Positions 58,549-64,000 of a DNA stretch of 64,000 nt are shown here, piece after piece. The number at the start of each line of letters is the position of its first letter. The first letter of the stretch is position 1. The stretch is from Chlorobiota bacterium (GTDB taxonomy: Bacteria > Bacteroidota > Bacteroidia > Bacteroidales > JAADGE01): NCBI GenBank assembly GCA_013152535.1, contig JAADGE010000009.1, positions 1,570 through 65,569 of the forward strand, in the 5' to 3' direction. Under the pieces are notes generated by a model that had not been told where the DNA came from, did not search any database, and saw nothing but the letters and a program-made list of their open reading frames with translations. Made by a program: the position numbers and the translations under genes.

Positions 58549-58571
58549 AATATCCCTCTTTTTTTCGGAAT

Positions 58572-58610
58572 AACTTTGCCGAAGTTTTAATCTTCGGCAA
58601 AGTTTATTTT
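58572..58610 (+). terminator. Rho-independent terminator after the barrel gene
   Basis: AACTTTGCCGAAG / CTTCGGCAAAGTT 13-bp stem followed by TATTTT. Confidence 0.75.
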
Positions 58611-58683
58611 GAAATTCTTTTTATTTTAGCGTGTTATTTGCGAACTTTACGTAACAAAAAGTTAACTGATTCATTCAAAATAT

Positions 58684-60315
58684 TTAAGTCCTTATAACCC
58701 CCGTTTTATATTCTTCTGTTACAGGATTATGTGAAGCTGCTTCAATACCTTTTGAAATAATGTTGCGTGTTTCAATCGGGTCAATTACGGCATCAACCCA
58801 CAGGCGACTTGCCGCATAAATAGGGGTAGTTTGCTCATCGTAGCGTTTTTGAATATCTTTTAAAATTTTGTCTTCGGCTTCTTTTGTAATTTTTTCGCCT
58901 TTGGATTTTAAAGAAGCAACTTGTATTTGCAATAAAGTTTTTGCGGCACTTGCTCCGCTCATTACGGCAATTTTTGCCGAAGGCCAGGCAACAATCAATC
59001 GCGGGTCATAAGCTTTTCCGTTCATGGCATAGTTGCCGGCACCGTATGAATTTCCTATAATTACCGAAAATTTCGGAACAACCGAATTTGCAACGGCATT
59101 TACCATTTTTGCACCGTCTTTTATAATTCCGCCTTGTTCCGAACGACTCCCGACCATAAATCCGGTAACATCATGAAAAAATACTATCGGTAATTTTTTT
59201 TGATTGCAATTCATTACAAAATGTGCCGCTTTATCTGCCGAATCGGAATAAATAACACCGCCGAACTGCATTTCACCTTTTGCTGTTTTTTGTATGGTGC
59301 GCTGATTGGCAACAATTCCTACAGGCCATCCGTCAATGCGAGAATAGCCGCAAACAATGGTTTTGCCGTATGCAGATTTGTATTCGGTAAAGTCCGAATT
59401 ATCAACAATACGTTCTATAATCTCTCTTATTTCATACGGTTTTTCGCGAGTTGCAGGTAATATGCCGTATATTTCTTTTGGATTTTTTTTTGGTATTACG
59501 GGTTCTTTTCTGTCAATACAACATTTTGCTTCGTTAATACATGTTTTATCAATTAATTTACGAATTAAATCAAGAGCTTCTTTATCATCTTCAACTTTAT
59601 AATCTAATATTCCGGAAATTTCAGTTTGTGTAGTTGCTCCGCCAAGTTCCTCATTATCAATTTCTTCACCTATAGCAGATTTTACCAAATACGAACCGGC
59701 AAGAAAAATAGAACCTGTTTTATTTACGATAATAGCTTCGTCAGACATAATAGGCAGGTAAGCACCGCCGGCAACACAACTTCCCATAATTGCAGCAATT
59801 TGTATTATGCCTTGTGCACTCATTTTGGCATTATTTCTGAAAATACGTCCGAAATGTTCCTTATCGGGAAAAATTTCATCTTGCATAGGCAGAAAAACAC
59901 CGGCACTGTCCACCAAATAAATAATCGGAATATGATTTTCCATGGCAATTTCTTGTGCTCGTAAATTCTTTTTTGCCGTAATCGGAAACCAAGCTCCGGC
60001 TTTTACCGTGGCATCGTTGGCAACAATAACACACAACCTTTTTTCGACATAAGCAAGAACAACTACGACACCGCCCGACGGACATCCGCCGTATTCTTTA
60101 TACATGCCTTCTCCGGCAAATGCTCCTATTTCAATCGGCTCTGTGCCTTTATCGATTAAATAGTTAATGCGTTCGCGAGCCGTCATCTTGCCTTTGGCCT
60201 GTTGCTTTTCGATTTTCTTTTTTCCGCCTCCGAGATATATTTTTTCTAATCGATGTTTTATTTCGGAAACGGCAAGTTTGTTAAAATCTTCGTTTTTGTT
60301 GAATTCGATATCCAT
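58684..60315 (-). CDS. acyl-CoA carboxylase carboxyltransferase subunit (methylcrotonyl-/propionyl-CoA carboxylase beta-like)
   Basis: 543 aa. The GGGKKKIEKQQAKGKMTARERI start, and the ANDATVKAGAW and GNSYGAGNYAM blocks, are typical of carboxyltransferase beta chains. Confidence 0.85.
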   Translation of the reverse strand: MDIEFNKNEDFNKLAVSEIKHRLEKIYLGGGKKKIEKQQAKGKMTARERINYLIDKGTEPIEIGAFAGEGMYKEYGGCPSGGVVVVLAYVEKRLCVIVANDATVKAGAWFPITAKKNLRAQEIAMENHIPIIYLVDSAGVFLPMQDEIFPDKEHFGRIFRNNAKMSAQGIIQIAAIMGSCVAGGAYLPIMSDEAIIVNKTGSIFLAGSYLVKSAIGEEIDNEELGGATTQTEISGILDYKVEDDKEALDLIRKLIDKTCINEAKCCIDRKEPVIPKKNPKEIYGILPATREKPYEIREIIERIVDNSDFTEYKSAYGKTIVCGYSRIDGWPVGIVANQRTIQKTAKGEMQFGGVIYSDSADKAAHFVMNCNQKKLPIVFFHDVTGFMVGSRSEQGGIIKDGAKMVNAVANSVVPKFSVIIGNSYGAGNYAMNGKAYDPRLIVAWPSAKIAVMSGASAAKTLLQIQVASLKSKGEKITKEAEDKILKDIQKRYDEQTTPIYAASRLWVDAVIDPIETRNIISKGIEAASHNPVTEEYKTGVIRT

Positions 60316-60439
60316 TTTTTGTTTTGATGAATTAGAGCATAAAAATATAAAAAATATACTCGTTTATTTAATTAAATTTTAAAAATAAAAAGTTGCAAAG
60401 CATCTTTGGGTGTTACACAACTGATTTTTTCATAGAAAA

Positions 60440-61036
60440 TTAAATAAAACTTACAGCACTCGGTCCTTCATTAAATAACAAATCCAATATTGATAAATTC
60501 GGAACAAAATCAAATCTGTCGAAAAAAACTTGAGTATATTTTTTGAAAATAAATTTAGGAGAGTTCTTTTTCGGGTGTATCAAATTTCTGAAATCAGGAA
60601 AAGAGTATTCTTTTTTATATTCTTCGGTAAAAGTTAATTTTTTATCAATTTCCGATTCGGAAAGTAATTTGTGCAGTATTTCAATATTGTAATCCAATAA
60701 AAAAGTATATTTCTTTTCAAAAAAAGGCAAAAAAGCATCAATATAAAATTCAAAAAAGGGAGAAGACAGATATGCCGTTTTTAAACTTTTCAGGTGCAGA
60801 GATTGCCAATTGTTTTTATAGTCAATCTTTACATCTTTTATAAATTGTTTTTGTCCCGATTTTTTTACAATCGGAATACTTAAAGTTTGCTTGCCGCCGG
60901 GTGATAAAATTTCGCAACGATTTCTGTAAGTCTGTTTTATATAGTTTTCGTATTTCTCAATTATAACGGTTTCGGAATTAATTAACTCGGAAAAATAACC
61001 GATTGGAGGAAAATATGCTGCTGAAAAAATTTTCAT
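60440..61036 (-). CDS. WbqC family protein
   Basis: MKIFSAAYFPPIGYFSEL...YIKQTYRNRCEI matches the WbqC pattern. ATG 61036 is preferred over the GTG at 61054 used by the ORF track. Confidence 0.7.
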   Translation of the reverse strand: MKIFSAAYFPPIGYFSELINSETVIIEKYENYIKQTYRNRCEILSPGGKQTLSIPIVKKSGQKQFIKDVKIDYKNNWQSLHLKSLKTAYLSSPFFEFYIDAFLPFFEKKYTFLLDYNIEILHKLLSESEIDKKLTFTEEYKKEYSFPDFRNLIHPKKNSPKFIFKKYTQVFFDRFDFVPNLSILDLLFNEGPSAVSFI

Positions 61037-61133
61037 AGAAAAAAATAACTTCACAAAAGTAACAAATAAGATAAAATTTTGTAAAATATTTACGATTTCC
61101 TATTTATAATTTTTCTAAATAAGAATAAATTCG

Positions 61134-61141
61134 TATCTTTG
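61134..61141 (+). promoter_or_regulatory. -7 box TAtcTTTG for the peroxiredoxin gene
   Basis: Exact TAnnTTTG match 47 nt upstream of the ATG at 61188. Confidence 0.45.
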
Positions 61142-61187
61142 CATCTGAAAATATTAAATACAATTATTAACATAAAAATTATAAAAA

Positions 61188-61829
61188 ATGGCTGTATTAA
61201 CAGGAAAAAAAGCACCCTTATTCACGGCTCCGGCAGTATCTAAAGGCGGAGAAATGATTGATGGATTCAAATTGGCAGATTATATCGGAAAAAAATACGT
61301 AGTATTATTTTTCTATCCTGCCGATTTTACCTTTGTATGTCCTACCGAAATCTTGGCTTTTCAAGATAAGATGGATGAGTTTGATAAAAGAAATGTTCAA
61401 GTTATCGGTGTATCAACCGATTCGCAATTTTCACATTGGAAATGGTTACAAACAGAATTAAACGACGGCGGAATTAAAGGTGTTCAATATCCTTTGGTTG
61501 CCGACCAATCGAAAACTATTTCACTGGATTATGACGTACTTGCCGGAAATTACGATTATGAAGAAGGTTCTGATGATTACAAAATGATATTTACCGGAAC
61601 ACCAATGGCATACAGAGGCTTGTTCTTAATTGATAAAGAAGGAACCGTTCAACATCAAGTTGTAAATAATATGCCTCTCGGCAGAAGTATTACGGAAACT
61701 TTAAGAATGATTGATGCTTTGCAATATTTTGAAAAACACGGAGAAGTTTGTCCGGCAGATTGGCACGAAGGTGAAGAAGCTTTAGTGGCAACTCAGGAAG
61801 GAATTGCAGAATATTTAGCAAAAAAATAG
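61188..61829 (+). CDS. ahpC: typical 2-Cys peroxiredoxin (AhpC/Tsa family)
   Basis: Peroxidatic FTFVCPTE and resolving GEVCPA motifs, 213 aa. Confidence 0.9.
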   Translation: MAVLTGKKAPLFTAPAVSKGGEMIDGFKLADYIGKKYVVLFFYPADFTFVCPTEILAFQDKMDEFDKRNVQVIGVSTDSQFSHWKWLQTELNDGGIKGVQYPLVADQSKTISLDYDVLAGNYDYEEGSDDYKMIFTGTPMAYRGLFLIDKEGTVQHQVVNNMPLGRSITETLRMIDALQYFEKHGEVCPADWHEGEEALVATQEGIAEYLAKK

Positions 61830-61850
61830 TTCCTTTATTTCAATAAGTAT

Positions 61851-61881
61851 AAAAGGTTTCTGAATTCGGAAACCTTTTTTT
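61851..61881 (+). terminator. Rho-independent terminator after ahpC
   Basis: AAAAGGTTTC / GAAACCTTTT stem, 8-nt loop, T-run. Confidence 0.75.
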
Positions 61882-61928
61882 GTAAGTCGTCTTTTAAAGG
61901 CGACATAAATAAAGTTTTAAGTTTATTA

Positions 61929-62798
61929 TTAAATATATAAACTCATTAATGTAAAAACAGCAAAAACAATACTTGCTATTCCGTTTGTCGTAAAAAATGC
62001 CAAGTTTACTTTACTTAAATCATTCGGTTTTACAAGTAAGTGCTGATATATTAGTGAAAATCCAAAAAAGAAAGCTCCTGCCCAATACCAAATTCCGAGA
62101 AAATCGGCACCTGTAATTCCTGCCCAAATAATAAACCCTGTTGTTAAAATATGCGATAAACTTGACAAGCGAAGTGCATTCTTTTTGCCGAGAAGCGTAG
62201 GAATAGATTTCAAATTATTCTGTTTGTCAAATTCTTCATCTTGAAGAGAATAAATAATATCAAAACCGGCTGTCCAAAATAAAACGGTTAAAGAAAATAA
62301 TATCGGTAACAATGAGAATGTGCCTGTAACGGCAAGATATGCACCGACCGGTGCCAGCGATAATCCCAAACCCAAAATAAAATGACAAAACCATGTAAAA
62401 CGTTTTGTGTAACTGTATCCCAAAACAACAGCCAACGCAACGGGGGCAAGTATAAAAACAAGGGTATTAATAAAATAAGTCGTAATTAAAAACAGCAAAG
62501 AATTAATAATAACAAACCAAAGAGCATATTTTGATTTTATTTTTCCGGAAGGAATCTCTCTTATTACCGTTCTGGGATTTTTTTGGTCGATGATTCTGTC
62601 AAGCCAACGATTAAATCCCATTGCTGCATTTCTTGCAAAAATCATATCCAAAATAACCAAAATCAGAAGTTGCAAATTTTCGGTGCTTAAAATTTCTTTA
62701 CCGGAAGTTTTTAATGCCAGAAAAAAACCTATTAAAGCAAAAGGCATTGCAAAAATAGTATGGCTGAACTTTACAAGAGATAAGTATTTCTTTATCAT
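61929..62798 (-). CDS. UbiA family polyprenyltransferase (4-hydroxybenzoate polyprenyltransferase-like)
   Basis: Nine TM segments. Asp-rich motifs NRWLDRIID and YSLQDEEFD. Confidence 0.8.
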   Translation of the reverse strand: MIKKYLSLVKFSHTIFAMPFALIGFFLALKTSGKEILSTENLQLLILVILDMIFARNAAMGFNRWLDRIIDQKNPRTVIREIPSGKIKSKYALWFVIINSLLFLITTYFINTLVFILAPVALAVVLGYSYTKRFTWFCHFILGLGLSLAPVGAYLAVTGTFSLLPILFSLTVLFWTAGFDIIYSLQDEEFDKQNNLKSIPTLLGKKNALRLSSLSHILTTGFIIWAGITGADFLGIWYWAGAFFFGFSLIYQHLLVKPNDLSKVNLAFFTTNGIASIVFAVFTLMSLYI

Positions 62799-62900
62799 TC
62801 AAATAATTCTGTTTTTTAAAATATTGAACAAAAATACATTAAATCTTCGGTTTTAAACAAAAATTTCTAAATTTGTCATAATATTATTTTCTGATAAACA

Positions 62901-63509
62901 GTGAACAATTACCGACAAATATCTGATAATAAATTAGTTATTCTTTACAAGGAAAGTCTTGATAAAGAAATTGTCGGTGAATTGTTTAAACGCTACACCC
63001 GATTTGTGTTTCTTGTTTCTGTGAAATATCTCAAAAATGAAGATGAAGCAAGTGATGCGGTAATGCAAATTTTTGAAAAACTTTTTGATGATTTATTGAA
63101 CCATAAAGTTGAAATTTTTAAATCTTGGCTGTATATGGTAACGCGAAATCATTGTTTGATGAATTTACGCAAACAACAATCCGATTTAAAGAAAAATCTG
63201 GAATATAAAAAAGATAACGAAAATTTTATGGAAAATGACTTTAACTTGCATCTAAAAGAAAATGAAGTTAAAGAATTAAAGGATAAAACAGTTCAAGATG
63301 CGGTAAATCAACTTAATAAAGAACAGAAAGAATGTATAGCTTTATTTTATTTCGAAGGAAAATCTTATTCGGAAATTGCCGAAATAACAATTTATTCCGA
63401 GAAAAAAGTTAAAAGTTATATACAAAACGGCAAACGAAACTTGCAAAATATTTTGACCAAACAAGGAATTACGGCATTATTTTTTATTTTTATACAACTA
63501 TTCTCATGA
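62901..63509 (+). CDS. ECF (sigma-70 family) RNA polymerase sigma factor (GTG start)
   Basis: Region 2 (ASDAVMQIFEKL, WLYMVTRNHCLMNLR) and region 4 (ECIALFYFEGKSYSEIAEITIYSEKKVKSYIQNGKRNL). Confidence 0.85.
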   Translation: MNNYRQISDNKLVILYKESLDKEIVGELFKRYTRFVFLVSVKYLKNEDEASDAVMQIFEKLFDDLLNHKVEIFKSWLYMVTRNHCLMNLRKQQSDLKKNLEYKKDNENFMENDFNLHLKENEVKELKDKTVQDAVNQLNKEQKECIALFYFEGKSYSEIAEITIYSEKKVKSYIQNGKRNLQNILTKQGITALFFIFIQLFS

Positions 63510-64000
63510 GTACGGAAATAAATCACATATTTAATCAAAGTTCTTGCCTCACTTCGCGTGAAGTTGAACAGTATGTTTCCGGAACTTTAAACGCTGAAGA
63601 GCTTCGGCGTGTTGAATTGCATATTGCCGATTGTCCGATGTGCAGTGATGAAATTGACGGATATACCTTACTGAAAGACAAAAAAACATTACCTAATATC
63701 ATTGATAGTTTAAATGAGAAAATTGATAAATCTGCAACTGCATCAAAAACAATTCCGCTTCATTCGTCTTCAAAAAAATCATTAACTAAACGTTTTATTT
63801 CAATAGCTGCTTCGCTTATTTTGTTGCTTGGTGCCGGGTATATAATTAATTTTTATATGAATTCCGAAAAAAATAATCTGGCAGAAGCCCCTTTAACCGA
63901 AAAAATAAAACCGGGCGAAAAAGAAATAACTGATGAAAATATTAATAACGAAAAAAAATATTCGGAAAAAAGTATAACCGAAAAGAATATCATAGAAAAT
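63506..64000 (+). CDS. anti-sigma factor (zf-HC2 type), 3' end beyond the window
   Basis: Not in the ORF track because it is open at the edge. Its ATG overlaps the sigma gene stop (ATGA). HIADCPMCSDEIDGY zinc-finger motif. TM segment FISIAASLILLLGAGYIINF. Confidence 0.7.
   Translation, partial: MSTEINHIFNQSSCLTSREVEQYVSGTLNAEELRRVELHIADCPMCSDEIDGYTLLKDKKTLPNIIDSLNEKIDKSATASKTIPLHSSSKKSLTKRFISIAASLILLLGAGYIINFYMNSEKNNLAEAPLTEKIKPGEKEITDENINNEKKYSEKSITEKNIIEN

Noticed and set aside
61037-61054. GTG-initiated extension (MKLFFS) of the WbqC-like gene
   Set aside because: The family N-terminus (MKI...YFPPIGYF) begins at the internal ATG 61036.

Overview
This is a low-GC Bacteroidota chromosomal segment. 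The phylum call rests on SusC/SusD pairs, T9SS C-terminal sorting domains and TAnnTTTG -7 promoter boxes. All calls come from reading the ORF translations and the DNA by eye; no homology search was run. Gene content, left to right: (1) 1-14.8 kb: a starch/maltodextrin utilisation locus with GH13 amylase, GH65 maltose phosphorylase, beta-phosphoglucomutase, MFS sugar transporter, LacI regulator and SusC/D/E/F-like genes. (2) 14.9-17.3 kb: a coiled-coil protein, ZapA, a ~215-nt structured intergenic RNA that I think is 6S RNA, and RNase Y. (3) 17.4-23.2 kb: a Wbp-type UDP-2,3-diacetamido sugar operon interrupted by an ABC-ATPase + DUF4435/TOPRIM (PARIS AriA/AriB-like) pair. (4) 23.3-28 kb: acyltransferase, aat, a GH18-CUB-T9SS gene broken by two frameshifts, and a Ppx/GppA phosphatase. 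(5) 28.1-30.7 kb: tRNA-Arg(ACG) followed by an AT-rich two-gene islet, a TPR protein with a NucS/Shedu-like nuclease domain plus a CoiA-like nuclease. (6) 30.8-31.2 kb: ndk disrupted by a 4-bp tandem duplication. (7) 31.3-43.5 kb: housekeeping and envelope genes (nrnA, FKBP, BatA-like, TonB receptor, YjbQ, GT2, acyl-CoA dehydrogenase, POT transporter). (8) 43.7-47.3 kb: a sulfur-handling cluster (SQR-like flavoprotein, DUF1641, TusE/DsrC-like, DsrE-like) divergent from a Crp/Fnr regulator, with a perfect 14-bp palindrome between them. (9) 47.4-49.3 kb: an ECF sigma factor with a membrane-anchored PKD/T9SS-type-B partner. (10) 52.5-55 kb: rpsO-pnp. (11) 55.3-58.5 kb: an extreme low-complexity Y/N/G and R/S/N lipoprotein followed by a FadL/PorV-like beta-barrel. 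(12) 58.7-64 kb: carboxyltransferase, WbqC, AhpC, UbiA-family prenyltransferase, and a second ECF sigma/anti-sigma pair that runs off the window. I saw no CRISPR array, transposase or integrase. The best candidates for something new are the PARIS-like pair embedded in the wbp operon, the tRNA-linked double-nuclease islet, the low-complexity lipoprotein/barrel pair, and the zapA-linked 6S-like RNA.
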